NCBI GenBank assembly: GCA_944320495.1
Contig: CALUHR010000003.1
Coordinates: 32,001 to 96,000 of the forward strand
DNA: 64,000 nt
Origin: Candidatus Methanomethylophilaceae archaeon
Lineage (GTDB): Archaea; Thermoplasmatota; Thermoplasmata; Methanomassiliicoccales; Methanomethylophilaceae
Direction: 5' to 3'
The notes below the pieces were generated by a model that worked only from the letters and a program-made list of their open reading frames with translations, did no database searches and had not been told where the DNA came from. This document shows positions 1 through 10,019 of this stretch, piece after piece. A program made the translations under genes and the position numbers. Numbering within the stretch: position 1 is the first letter of the stretch; every line of letters starts with the position of its first letter.

Positions 1-237
1 GGAGCCGTGAGGGAGAATGAGATGCTCTACGGCACATACCTCCACGGGATATTCGACAGGAAGCCCTTCAGGACCCATTTCCTCTCCAGGATAACGCATG
101 GAGGGGAGCGCTACGACGCCTCCGACTCCCGCGACTACGACGATATCCTCGAGGAGAACCTCGAGAGGCTGGCGGACGTGTTCGAATCCAACCTGGACAT
201 GGACGCGGTCATGCGCATGCTGGGGGTGGGCGAGTGA
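1..237 (+). CDS. cobQ: Cobyric acid synthase CobQ/CbiP, C-terminal end (partial, runs off window start)
   Basis: GTYLHGIFD motif of the CobQ glutamine amidotransferase C-terminus; TGA stop overlaps the next GTG start. Confidence 0.75.
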   Translation, partial: GAVRENEMLYGTYLHGIFDRKPFRTHFLSRITHGGERYDASDSRDYDDILEENLERLADVFESNLDMDAVMRMLGVGE

Positions 238-1076
238 GGATCCTCGTCCTCGGCACGTCCTCCGACGCAGGGAAGACCGTCATCGGCGCCATGATCTGCC
301 GCCACATGGCCCGCAGGGGGCTAGACCCCGTGCCCTTCAAGGCGTTCAACCTGTCGCTCAACTCCTATGCCACCAAGGACGGCGGGGAGATCGGGATGGG
401 GCAGACATTCCAGGCGTGGGCCTGCGGCCTCGAGCCTGAGACCGACATGAACCCCGTGCTCTACAAGCCGTCCGGCGGGGGCAGGATGCAGATGATCGTC
501 GGGGGGAGACCGCTCATGGACATCGGCAACGGCGTCGAGCCCGACAGGGAGGCGGCGGTGAGAGGGATTCGCGAGGCATACGGCAGGCTCTCGTCCGCCC
601 ACGGATGCGTGGTGTGCGAGGGGTCCGGATCCCCCGCCGAGCTGAACCTCATGTCCAGCGACCTCGCCAACACCGGGCTCATGCGCCTCCTGGGAGTGCC
701 CGCGGTGCTGGTCGCCGATATCGAGCGCGGAGGGGCCTTCGCAGCGATATACGGGACGTGGAGGATCATCCCGGAGGACGTCAGACCCCTGCTCAAGGGC
801 TTCGTGATCAACCGCTTCAGGGGCGACGCCTCCATCCTCGGGGACGGCATCAGGAGGATCGAGGAGCTCACCGGCATGAGGTGCCTGGGCGTCATACCCT
901 ATCTGCCGCTTAGGTTCCCGGAGGAGGACTCGCTGTCGCGGTCCGAGGGGAGGCTCCAGGGCGAGGACGTCAGGCAGGCGTTCCTGTCCAACCTGGACGA
1001 GCTGCTCGACGCGGCGGAGGCCGGCGGATTCGACTTCAGGCTCCTGGAGGACATCACGGACGAGGGTCAGAGCCGA
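234..1076 (+). CDS. CobQ-like protein, N-terminal ATPase/synthase domain only (280 aa)
   Basis: GTSSDAGKT P-loop, PFKAxNxSLNS, DMNPVLxKP, EGSGSPAELNL, DIERGG, INRFRGD; no GATase domain. End placed at the first in-frame CGA (1074-1076); the standard code gives 1109. Confidence 0.75.
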
Positions 1077-1166
1077 CGCACGACGACACGATTAACTACC
1101 GACGAGTGATAGTCCAGACAATTCACCCCGGGCGGATCCCCGTACCGGAGGACGGGGGACGTACCC

Positions 1167-2525
1167 ATGAACAGCGAGTACAAGAGATTCATCGAGAGCA
1201 AGGCCAAGGAGTGCCAGTCCATCGACAGCTTCCCGCCGGAGCTCTACGAGAAGTTCGATGTCAAGAAGGGGCTGCGCGACAACAAGGGCAACGGCGTCGT
1301 CGTCGGGCTCACGAGCATCTCCCAGGTCGACGGGACCGAGAAGATCGACGGGAAGAAGGTCCCCTGCGAGGGCAAGCTGCGCTACCGCGGCTACGACATC
1401 GAGGACCTGACCCAGGGGTTCCTGAACAAACGCTTCGGGTTCGAGGAGTGCACCTATCTCCTGCTGTTCGGCAACCTCCCCACCCAGGACGAACTCGAGG
1501 AGTTCAAGATGCACCTGGCCGAGGAGAGGAGGCTTCCCGTCACCTTCACCAGGGACGTCATCATGAAGGCCGCCAACAAGGACATCATGAACTCCGTGTC
1601 CAGATGCATACTGTTCCTCTCCTCCTACGACAAGAACGCCCTGGACAACTCCACCAAGAACGTCCTCAGGCAGTGCATCTACCTGATCAGCGTCTTCCCC
1701 ATGCTCACCGTCTACAGCTACCACGCCTACAACCACTACATCAACGACGAGAGCATGTACATCCACCGCCCGGACCCGAGGCTCTCCACCGCGGAGAACT
1801 TCCTCAGGATGCTCAGGCCGGACAAGTCCTACACCTACCTGGAGGCCACCGTCCTCGACCTGGCGCTGGTTCTGCACATGGAGCACGGCGGAGGCAACAA
1901 CTCCACCTTCACCACCCGCGTGACCACGTCCTCGGGATCGGACACGTACGCGGTCATCGCCGCGGCCATGTCCTCCCTCAAGGGACCGAAGCACGGCGGC
2001 GCCAACCTGAAGGTCATGGACATGATGGACGACCTCAAGCGCCACGTGAAGCATCCGGACAACAGGAAGTCGCTAACCAAGTACCTCTCGGACGTCCTGG
2101 ACAAGAAGGCGTTCGACCACCAGGGCCTGATCTACGGCATGGGCCACGCGGTATACACCCTCTCGGACCCCAGGGCCAAGGTCTTCAAGTCCTTCGTCGA
2201 GAAGCTCGCCGCCGAGAAGGGGAGGCTGGACGACTACAACCTCTACGCCGCCGTCGAGGAGATCGCCCCGGAGCTCATCATGGCCAAGCACCCCAACACC
2301 ACCGGTGTCTCCGCCAACGTGGACTTCTACAGCGGGTTCGTCTACGACCTGCTCGGCATCCCGAGGGAGCTGTACACCCCGATCTTCGCCACCGCCAGGA
2401 TAGTCGGGTGGAGCGCCCACAGGATCGAGGAGATCGTCACCTCCAACAAGATCCTCCGTCCCGCCTACGTGAACATCGGAGAGCCCAGGGAGTACGTGCC
2501 CCTGGACAGGAGGGGTTCCGAATGA
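1167..2525 (+). CDS. gltA: Citrate synthase
   Basis: LHMEHGGGNNST, GPKHGGAN, GMGHAVY, ANVDFYSG, RIVGWSAH motifs; 452 aa. Confidence 0.93.
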   Translation: MNSEYKRFIESKAKECQSIDSFPPELYEKFDVKKGLRDNKGNGVVVGLTSISQVDGTEKIDGKKVPCEGKLRYRGYDIEDLTQGFLNKRFGFEECTYLLLFGNLPTQDELEEFKMHLAEERRLPVTFTRDVIMKAANKDIMNSVSRCILFLSSYDKNALDNSTKNVLRQCIYLISVFPMLTVYSYHAYNHYINDESMYIHRPDPRLSTAENFLRMLRPDKSYTYLEATVLDLALVLHMEHGGGNNSTFTTRVTTSSGSDTYAVIAAAMSSLKGPKHGGANLKVMDMMDDLKRHVKHPDNRKSLTKYLSDVLDKKAFDHQGLIYGMGHAVYTLSDPRAKVFKSFVEKLAAEKGRLDDYNLYAAVEEIAPELIMAKHPNTTGVSANVDFYSGFVYDLLGIPRELYTPIFATARIVGWSAHRIEEIVTSNKILRPAYVNIGEPREYVPLDRRGSE

Positions 2526-2971
2526 TCGGCAACCCCAGCAACAAGGCGATCAGGAACGCCAAGAAGGCGCTGGAGTCCCTGGACCTCAACTACGAGGACC
2601 GCGACGGCACCATCGTGCTGAGCGCCATGGGGGACGACCTGCCCATCGGCATGGTCATCATCGCCGACGACGGCAACATGACCCTGAACATCTACTGCTA
2701 CCTGATGTTCGACTTCGGGTCGGAGGCCAGGATGAAGCTCATCCCCGAGCTGAACACGCTGAACAACACCATAAACAACGGCGGGTTCTACATGTCGGAC
2801 GACGAGAACAAGATCTACTTCAAGATCGTCCAGAGCTTCTACGACCAGGTCCCCTCGGACGAGACCATCGCCCACCTGATCAAGGTGGCGTTCAAGACCG
2901 TCGACGTCAACGACGGCAAGCTGAAGGACCTCATCCCGAAGGACGCGATGAAGGACCTGATGTACTCGTGA
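2522..2971 (+). CDS. YbjN-like / T3SS-chaperone-fold protein (149 aa)
   Basis: ATGA overlap with gltA; MIGNPSNK...MKDLMYS; LNxLNxxxxxGxFY pattern and length fit the YbjN family. Confidence 0.6.
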   Translation: MIGNPSNKAIRNAKKALESLDLNYEDRDGTIVLSAMGDDLPIGMVIIADDGNMTLNIYCYLMFDFGSEARMKLIPELNTLNNTINNGGFYMSDDENKIYFKIVQSFYDQVPSDETIAHLIKVAFKTVDVNDGKLKDLIPKDAMKDLMYS

Positions 2972-3874
2972 TCGCCTTCCGGCGACCATCCTCTCCACCG
3001 GCCTGCGGGCACCGGCGACGACCTCGTCCGGGAGCTCGACGGCCGGTCCCATCTTCTCCAGGCACTCCAGCACGCCCTCGGGGGTTGCCATCTTCATGGC
3101 CCCGCACACGGCGGACTCGGGGAACCACCACACCCTTCCGGGGACCTCCTTATCGAGCCTGTGCCTCATGCCGACCTCGGTGAGCACGATGAACTCCCTC
3201 GACTCGGACTGGCGGCAGTGGCCGATCATGCCCTCGGTGGAACCGATGAAGTCGGCCATCGCGAGGACCGGCGCCCTGCACTCGGGGTGGGCGAGGACCT
3301 CCGCGCCGGGATGCTCGCGCCTGAGCGCCTCCACCTGGCCGACCGATATGGATTGGTGGATGGGGCAGAACCCGTGCCAGAGCTCGATGTCCTTGGATGG
3401 GTTCTTGGATGCGGCGTAGGAGCCGAGGTTCCTGTCGGGAACGAAGAGGACCTTGTCGGAGGACAGTCCCGAGACGACCTTGACGGCGTTGGACGACGTG
3501 CAGCACACGTCCATCTCCGCCTTGCACGCGGCCGTCGAGTTGACATAGCCGACGACCTCGCACCCGGGGTTGCGAGCACGAGCCTCGCGGATCTGCTCCG
3601 GGGTGCACATCTGCGCCATGGAGCACACCGCATCCGGATCGGGGATCAGCACGGTCTTGCCCGGATTGAGGATCTTGGCGGTCTCGGCCATGAAGGACAC
3701 GCCGCAGAACACGATGACATCGGCGTCCGTCTCGGACGCCGCTATGGAGAGGCCGAGGGAATCCCCGACCTTGTCGGCGATGTCCTGCACCTCTGGCAGG
3801 CAGTAGTTGTGCGCCAGGATGATGGCGTTGCGTTCGCACTTGAGCTCGGCTATCCTCTCCGAGACGTCGACCAT
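2972..3874 (-). CDS. nadA: Quinolinate synthase NadA (300 aa)
   Basis: ILAHNY, IADKVGDS, VFCGVSFMAETAK, GYVNS, CTSSNA, AHPEC, CGAMK. Ends ERMVAGR-CGA (2974-2972), abutting the TGA of the convergent gene; the standard code runs on to 2465. Confidence 0.92.
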
Positions 3875-3963
3875 GCCTGCGCGATTGACGCACCCATATA
3901 AATCATGCCCCAATCTATTTAGGAAAACCTAATCGAATGGTATATGCCCCCGATTACACGACC

Positions 3964-4116
3964 ATGTCGGAGATCGTGCTCAACCCCAACTGCAACTGCC
4001 CCAAGGTGGAGTGCCCCAACCACGGGAACTGCATGGCATGCGTGGAGAACCACAAGGCCAACAGCAAGCTCATCCCGTTCTGCCTGAGATTCATGGTCGA
4101 AAACAACCAGGCCTGA
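3964..4116 (+). CDS. Small Cys/His-rich metal-binding protein (50 aa, DUF6485-like)
   Basis: Hand translation MSEIVLNPNCNCPKVECPNHGNCMACVENHKANSKLIPFCLRFMVENNQA; CxC-x4-CxxHGxCxxC-x3-H...PxC; below the ORF-track cutoff. Confidence 0.7.
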   Translation: MSEIVLNPNCNCPKVECPNHGNCMACVENHKANSKLIPFCLRFMVENNQA

Positions 4117-4200
4117 ACCGGCGGCCACGATTCCAAATCCCGGACGGCCGCCTGCGGGCAATGTCCGGGCGTTTCTTTTCTTCTATCAGATAGTTAGCAA

Positions 4201-4673
4201 ATGAACATGCATATGAATATGCAAGTGCATCAGAATATGCATGTGCATATGAATATGAACCATGAAAACATCACGACTACTGAGGAGAAGGACAGCCATT
4301 CGCTTACAATGGACTCAATCCTGAATCCATCCCCAAAATAGAGAAGGGTCTCAACGAACTGTGCAATAGGATACCCCGCGCTACATCCCACAGCTCTCAT
4401 ATCACGTCTACAAAGGAGCCGATCAACAATCCGAAAGGAAAGTACAGGGACCCGAAGGAGACGAAGGAAGCAATCCTGGAATCGCTCAGGATCAACGGCG
4501 GCCAAAGCGGACGGGAATTGGCGACATCTGTAGGCTACAATGGCGTGAACAACACCTTCCGCAGATGCTTAGCCGAACTCATGGAGGCCGGCCTGGTCGA
4601 ATACTTGTATCCGGACTCACCCAGGGACAGGCGCCAGAAGATATGTCTGGCAAAACGCGGACTAACGCCCCGA
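4201..4673 (+). pseudogene. Frameshifted winged-helix protein resembling the C-terminal HTH of Fic/RecG-C family proteins
   Basis: Frame with ILESLRINGGQSGRELATSVG...LVEYLYPDSPRDRRQKICL has no ATG after a TGA at 4281; a Met/His/Asn-rich ATG frame begins at 4201; a shift is needed near 4300. First CGA at 4671-4673 avoids overlap with mptD. Confidence 0.5.
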
Positions 4674-4716
4674 TTCGGCGCCAACGGATTTATCCGGGAC
4701 CCTCCATGCGAGCCCC

Positions 4717-5091
4717 ATGAACAGAGAGGAAACGGCGGGCAGCAGGTTCGCCTGCAACGACAGGGAGAGGGCGCTTTTCGAGGCGGGGATCAAGATGGGC
4801 ACCATCTACCACCAGTTCGTCGGATCCCCCGTATCCGCAACTACGGTGGATCTCCTGGAGCGGACCATGTCCGAGACCATCATGGTCCAGCCCTACGTGG
4901 AGGATGCACGGATCCGCATCGACCGCTGCCGCATCCCCGACGGGGATGGTACCTATGAGTACGCCTCGCTGACCGGCGACATGATCGACGCGGTCGTCAC
5001 CGTCACTGTGGGTGAGGCGACAGTCGTCGCCGAGATGCGCTACGACGAGGAGCTGGACTATCCCCTGATGTACGTCTCATCCATCTCGTGA
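4717..5091 (+). CDS. mptD: Archaeal dihydroneopterin aldolase (MptD family)
   Basis: ERALFEAGIKMGTIYHQFVGSPV, YASLTGDM, YDEELDYPLMYV; 124 aa. Confidence 0.85.
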   Translation: MNREETAGSRFACNDRERALFEAGIKMGTIYHQFVGSPVSATTVDLLERTMSETIMVQPYVEDARIRIDRCRIPDGDGTYEYASLTGDMIDAVVTVTVGEATVVAEMRYDEELDYPLMYVSSIS

Positions 5092-5214
5092 TCCTGGTTG
5101 TTAACCCCAGGTTGAATGTATTTGGATAATACATCCAGCCTGAACATTCGGAGATGAATTAAATAAGAGGTCAACCCATACGGGATAGGCCGACCTTTCG
5201 GCGGGTTGTTGCGA

Positions 5215-5760
5215 ATGATCTCTGACATAAAGATAGGAATCACTGGCCTTCCTGGATCCGGGAAGACCTATGCCCTGTTGCGGGTCATAGAGATGCTGCA
5301 GGACGGGGAGCTGAAGATAGGCGGCATGATCGACGAGCCCGTCGGAGACGGCAGGCACAAGACCGGTTTCACCGTCCGCGACCTTCTCACCGGTGAGACC
5401 GACGTATTCGCCAGCACCGACATCGAGAGCCGCGTCATGGTCGGCAAGCTCGGCGTGGACCTGTCCAAGCTCGAGGCCATCGGCGTGAAGGCGATCAAGG
5501 AGGCCTGCGAGAGCTGCGACATCATCGTCATCGACGAGGTCGGGAAGATGGAGGTCGAGTCCCAGGCGTTCATCGACGCCGTGAAGGAGGCCCTCGACGC
5601 CGACAAACCCATGATCATCACGCTCCACAAGAAATCCAGGAACCCCCTGCTGCAGGACATCCGCAGGAGGGACGACGTCAGGATCCTGGAGGTCACCCCC
5701 ACCAACCGCAACCTGCTTCCATACAAGATCGTGCGCCTCATGAGCGGTGAGAACGTTTGA
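5215..5760 (+). CDS. Nucleoside triphosphatase (THEP1/NTPase_1 family)
   Basis: ITGLPGSGKT Walker A, IVIDEVGKME Walker B. Confidence 0.88.
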   Translation: MISDIKIGITGLPGSGKTYALLRVIEMLQDGELKIGGMIDEPVGDGRHKTGFTVRDLLTGETDVFASTDIESRVMVGKLGVDLSKLEAIGVKAIKEACESCDIIVIDEVGKMEVESQAFIDAVKEALDADKPMIITLHKKSRNPLLQDIRRRDDVRILEVTPTNRNLLPYKIVRLMSGENV

Positions 5761-6869
5761 GCCACGAGGGTTCCATCATCACCGAGGGCGGGACAAGGAT
5801 CCTCGTCCCCCAGCTCCATTCCACCCATGGACCCGGCAAGAAGATCGGGCCCGTGTTCTTCAACGAACAGATGTCCTTCAACAGGGACGTCAGCGTCATG
5901 CTCCTCCGGGCACTGGAGAGGGACCGCATCCGCGTCGGAGACGCCATGGCGGCCACTGGCTCCAGGTCGGTCCGCATAGCCAACGAGGTCCCCGGCACCG
6001 AGGTCGTCGCCAACGACATTTCCGCCGAGGCCGTCGAGTGGATCGACGCCAACATCGAGCTCAACGGGCTCTCTAACTGCACCTCGTCCAAGAGGGACAT
6101 GCACATACTCTTCTCCGAGTCCAGCTTCGACTACGTGGACCTGGACCCGTTCGGATCCCCCATGCCTTTCCTGCAATCGGCCATCCGCGGATGTGCCAGG
6201 AAGGGGATCCTGGCGGTCACAGCCACCGACATGGCGCCCCTCGCCGGCGCCCATGCGGTGAAGTGCCGCAGAAGGTACCAGTGCGAACCGATACGCGGAT
6301 ACATGTGCCACGAGGGCGGCCTGCGCATCCTCATGTGCAACGTGGCCCGCGAACTGGCCAAGTTCGACCGCGGCATGAGGCCTCTGCTCTCATTCTTCGC
6401 CGACCACTACTACCGCACCTACGTGCAGATCGAGGAGGGAGCGAACGCGGCGGACAGGACCCTGGCCCAGCTCGGATACATGGAGTACGACATGGACACG
6501 CTGGAGCGCTCCACGTCGGACGTCCGCGACGAGAAGCATCCGCTCGGCCCGTTCTGGCTGGGTCCGCTGCACGACCGCGCCCTGCTGGACAGGATGAGCC
6601 CCGAGGGAATGGCCGACGAGCGCAGGTGCGTCAAGTACCTCAACCTCTGGCGCAACGAGCTGGAGGACCAGGTCTTCGTCTACGACATGAGCGAGCTCTC
6701 CTCCCATCTCAAGACGTCCCCTCCGAGGATCGCCGAGTTCGTCGAGCTCCTGAACCAACACGGACGCGCCTCCCTGACGCACTTCTCCCCGACCGAGTTC
6801 ATGACGGACGTACCCCTGGGAGAGCTCAAGGCGCTCTTCGCCGAGGCCAGCCCCGACTCGAAGCTTTAA
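5757..6869 (+). CDS. trm1: tRNA (guanine-26-N2)-dimethyltransferase
   Basis: VFFNEQMSFNRDVS, DAMAATGSRSVR, DYVDLDPFGSP, TATD; TTG start; one of very few TAA stops in the window. Confidence 0.92.
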   Translation: MSHEGSIITEGGTRILVPQLHSTHGPGKKIGPVFFNEQMSFNRDVSVMLLRALERDRIRVGDAMAATGSRSVRIANEVPGTEVVANDISAEAVEWIDANIELNGLSNCTSSKRDMHILFSESSFDYVDLDPFGSPMPFLQSAIRGCARKGILAVTATDMAPLAGAHAVKCRRRYQCEPIRGYMCHEGGLRILMCNVARELAKFDRGMRPLLSFFADHYYRTYVQIEEGANAADRTLAQLGYMEYDMDTLERSTSDVRDEKHPLGPFWLGPLHDRALLDRMSPEGMADERRCVKYLNLWRNELEDQVFVYDMSELSSHLKTSPPRIAEFVELLNQHGRASLTHFSPTEFMTDVPLGELKALFAEASPDSKL

Positions 6870-6905
6870 TACGGTCTGGGTCATCCTTCCGCCAGAGGAT
6901 TCAGA

Positions 6906-8213
6906 ATGCCCGGACTAGCCATCATCGGATCGCAGTGGGGAGACGAGGGGAAAGGAAAGATCACAGACTACCTGGACGAGAGGGCGGACATGATCGTCCG
7001 CTTCCAGGGCGGCAACAACGCCGGCCACACCATCATCGTGGACGGCAAGACGTTCAAGCTCCACGGGCTCCCATCCGGTGTCGTTCGTCCGGGGAAGCTC
7101 GCCGTCATCGGGAACGGCGTCGTTGTCAACCTGGAGGAGCTCCAGGAGGAGATCGACCAGGTGCTCGCCGCCGGCGGCAGCATCGACGGACTCAGGATCT
7201 CCGACCGCGCCCATCTCATCATGAACTACCACAAGAAGCTCGACGGCGCCGAGGAGAAGTACCGCGGGAAGAACGTGGTGGGGACCACCAAGAAGGGCAT
7301 CGGACCCGCCTACCAGGACAAGATCGCGAGGATCGGATTCCGCGCCGGGGACCTCCTGGAGGAAGACGTGCTGAGGGACAAGATCCAGTTCATCCTGCCC
7401 TACAAGAAGGACGTGCTCGACCTCATGGGGGCCGAGCCCTGCCAGTGCACCCCCGAGTCCCTCTTCGAGAAGATGAAGGGATGGGGAGACTCCATCGGGA
7501 AGTACATCTGCGACACGTCCGTGCTGATCAACGACGCCCTGGATGAGGGCGGCAACGTCATCTTCGAGGGCGCCCAGGGAGCGATGCTGGACATCGACCA
7601 CGGAACGTACCCGTACGTGACCTCCTCCGCCACCTGCGGAGGCGGCGTCTGCACCGGGTCCGGCGTGGCCCCCAACAGGATCGACAGGGTCCTCGGAGTC
7701 GTCAAGGCCTACACCACCCGCGTGGGCGAGGGGCCCTTCGTCACCGAGCTCAACGAGAAGGAGGAGAAGGAGCTCCAGGCCCGCGGTGGCGAGTTCGGCG
7801 TCACCACCGGACGCGGCAGGCGCTGCGGATGGCTGGACCTCGTCGTCGTGGAGCATGCGAAGAGGATGTGCGGGTTCACCTCCCTCGTCATGACCAAGAT
7901 CGACGTCCTGAACGACATGGCCGAGATCCCCGTGTGCGTCGCGTACGAGATCGACGGCACCGAGGTGAAGCACTTCCCCGCATCCATCGCCAAGCTCAAC
8001 AGGGCCAAGCCCGTGTACGAGACCCTCAAGGGATGGAAGGGCTGGGACAGCACCGAGGAGCTCGTCAAGGGCGGATACGACAACCTTCCGGGCGAGATGC
8101 GCGAGTACATCGAGTTCACCGAGAGGTACCTGAAGACCCCGGTGGACATCGTCAGCGTCGGCCCCGACAGGGACGAGACCATCGACCGCCGCAACGGCGA
8201 CTGGTGGTCCTGA
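6906..8213 (+). CDS. purA: Adenylosuccinate synthetase
   Basis: GSQWGDEGKGK, RFQGGNNAGHT, GTTKKGIGPAY, EGAQGAMLDIDHGTYPYVTSS, TTGRGRRCGWLD. Confidence 0.97.
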   Translation: MPGLAIIGSQWGDEGKGKITDYLDERADMIVRFQGGNNAGHTIIVDGKTFKLHGLPSGVVRPGKLAVIGNGVVVNLEELQEEIDQVLAAGGSIDGLRISDRAHLIMNYHKKLDGAEEKYRGKNVVGTTKKGIGPAYQDKIARIGFRAGDLLEEDVLRDKIQFILPYKKDVLDLMGAEPCQCTPESLFEKMKGWGDSIGKYICDTSVLINDALDEGGNVIFEGAQGAMLDIDHGTYPYVTSSATCGGGVCTGSGVAPNRIDRVLGVVKAYTTRVGEGPFVTELNEKEEKELQARGGEFGVTTGRGRRCGWLDLVVVEHAKRMCGFTSLVMTKIDVLNDMAEIPVCVAYEIDGTEVKHFPASIAKLNRAKPVYETLKGWKGWDSTEELVKGGYDNLPGEMREYIEFTERYLKTPVDIVSVGPDRDETIDRRNGDWWS

Positions 8214-8233
8214 GACCTTTAACGCTTCTTACC

Positions 8234-8252
8234 GCCCCGCCCTGGGCGGGGC
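8234..8252 (+). terminator. GC-rich hairpin after purA
   Basis: GCCCCGCC-CTG-GGCGGGGC, 8-bp perfect stem 20 nt after the purA stop. Confidence 0.4.
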
Positions 8253-8285
8253 ACCCTTATCTTATACCCAGACCATTCAGATGGC

Positions 8286-8597
8286 ATGTCGGAATGCGAG
8301 GTTACCGTACACGCCGGCGTCTGCAACATGACCACCGTCATCCGCGCCAAACCCAACGATGACATGACCGTGTCCATCGAGATCGAGAGCAACTGCCCCA
8401 TGGTCAAGAAGACCCCCGTCCCCACCCTCGTCCCGTGGGAGGAGATCGGGCTCCCGATGAGCCAGTCCGCCATCTACAAGTGGGCCAGCGAGAACATCGG
8501 GCACACCGCCTGCCCCGTCCCCTGCGCCATCCTCAAATCCATCGAGGTCGCGGGAGACCTGGGACTCAAGAAGGACGTCTCCATCGAGATCAGATGA
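8286..8597 (+). CDS. Small conserved protein (DUF6951-like)
   Basis: AGVCNMTT...IESNCP...HTACPVPCAILKSIEV; 103 aa. Confidence 0.65.
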   Translation: MSECEVTVHAGVCNMTTVIRAKPNDDMTVSIEIESNCPMVKKTPVPTLVPWEEIGLPMSQSAIYKWASENIGHTACPVPCAILKSIEVAGDLGLKKDVSIEIR

Positions 8598-8759
8598 GAC
8601 CCATGGGGGCTCCGGCCCCCGACAAACCCATTCTCCAGGAGGACGCCGCGACATGTGACGTCCCCGATGCTTCTGCCGATGACTTCCTCAGCATCCGCCC
8701 CTGACGAAGGAACGCGATGCCCCCGTCGGTTTACCGCATCGCACATCGCCCCCATCCAT

Positions 8760-9962
8760 TCGGAGCCTGGCAGTGGAGGACGTCCCCCTGCCCTCCCCTC
8801 CGCACGCCAGGATAACGAGGCACGAGCAGACCGCGGCCATCAGGAGGAACGCGGCGCCCAGGTACCCGATGTACGGAAGGCCGAAGGAGTCGAAGACGAT
8901 TCCCGCGAGATAGGAACCGGCGGCTATCCCCACGTTGAACGACGTTGGGTTGAGCGAGGATACGAGATTGATCGCCTCCGGATAGTCCCTGGTCCCGATC
9001 TCCAGCAGATGCACCTGCACGGAGGCGTTCATGACGTACATCATGAGCCCGATGAGCAGTATGTCGGCCATCCCGGTGACCGCGCCCGCCAGAGCCGTCG
9101 GCAGCAGGAACAGTGCCAATCCCTCCAGCAGGCATCCCCAGCGGACGGTGCGGAACCCCCCGTGGGAGGCTATCCTCCCGGACATCAGGTTGCTGGCCAG
9201 GACGGCCACCCCGTAGGCCATCAGACCGAGGGACACCATGCCCTCTGAGAAGCCGAGCTCGTCCTCGAATATCGGCGTGATGTAGGTGTACACGGCGTAG
9301 ACACCGCCAGCGCTGAAGACCGTCACCAGACATGCGAGCAGGACCCTCGGATCCCTCAGCATCCTCCGTGCCGCGCCCTTACGCCTCGGCCCCGCATGCC
9401 CTCCCGAACGCGGGAGCGTCCTCGCAGCGAAGGCCAGTGCGACGAGCGACATTACCAGTATCAGGACGAACACCGATCTCCACCCGAGGACTCCGGACAT
9501 GTAGGTCCCCAACGGGACGCCCACTATCGACGAGAGGCTGAACCCGGCGAAGACCCACGACACGGCCGCGGAGCGGTGCCTCTGCGTGACCAGGTCCATC
9601 ACGAAGGTCAGACCCACTGCCAGGAGCGACCCCGATGCGGCGGCGGTGACCACGCGGGACACCAGCAGCGGGACGTACCCCCACGACACAAGCGACAGCA
9701 GGTTGGCCAGGATGAACACGACCGCCAGGGACATGGCGAGCCTGTACCTCCCGAACCTCCCCGTGACACCCGTTATAAGAGGCGTGAACACGGCATAGCT
9801 CAAGGCGAAGACGGACACCAGCGAACCGACCGCGGTGTACTCGACACCGAGCCCCGACGCGATGTCAGGCAGGATGCCCATGACGATGAACTCGCTGGTC
9901 CCCATGACGAAGCTCAGGAAGACGAGCGCGACAACCGCCGGAGTGAACAGCCTGTCATCCAC
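8760..9962 (-). CDS. MFS transporter, DHA1/PbuE-NepI type (400 aa)
   Basis: GTSEFIVMGILPDIA, VGVPLGT, NVGIAAGS; about 12 hydrophobic segments; GTG start. Ends STARL-CGA (8762-8760), followed by a GCGATGC/GCATCGC hairpin; the standard code gives 8688. Confidence 0.88.
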
Positions 9963-10019
9963 GCCCGTTCGAGAGCCGAGGCCGTATTTAGCACTGATGA
10001 CACGCGAGGGTTTTATACG

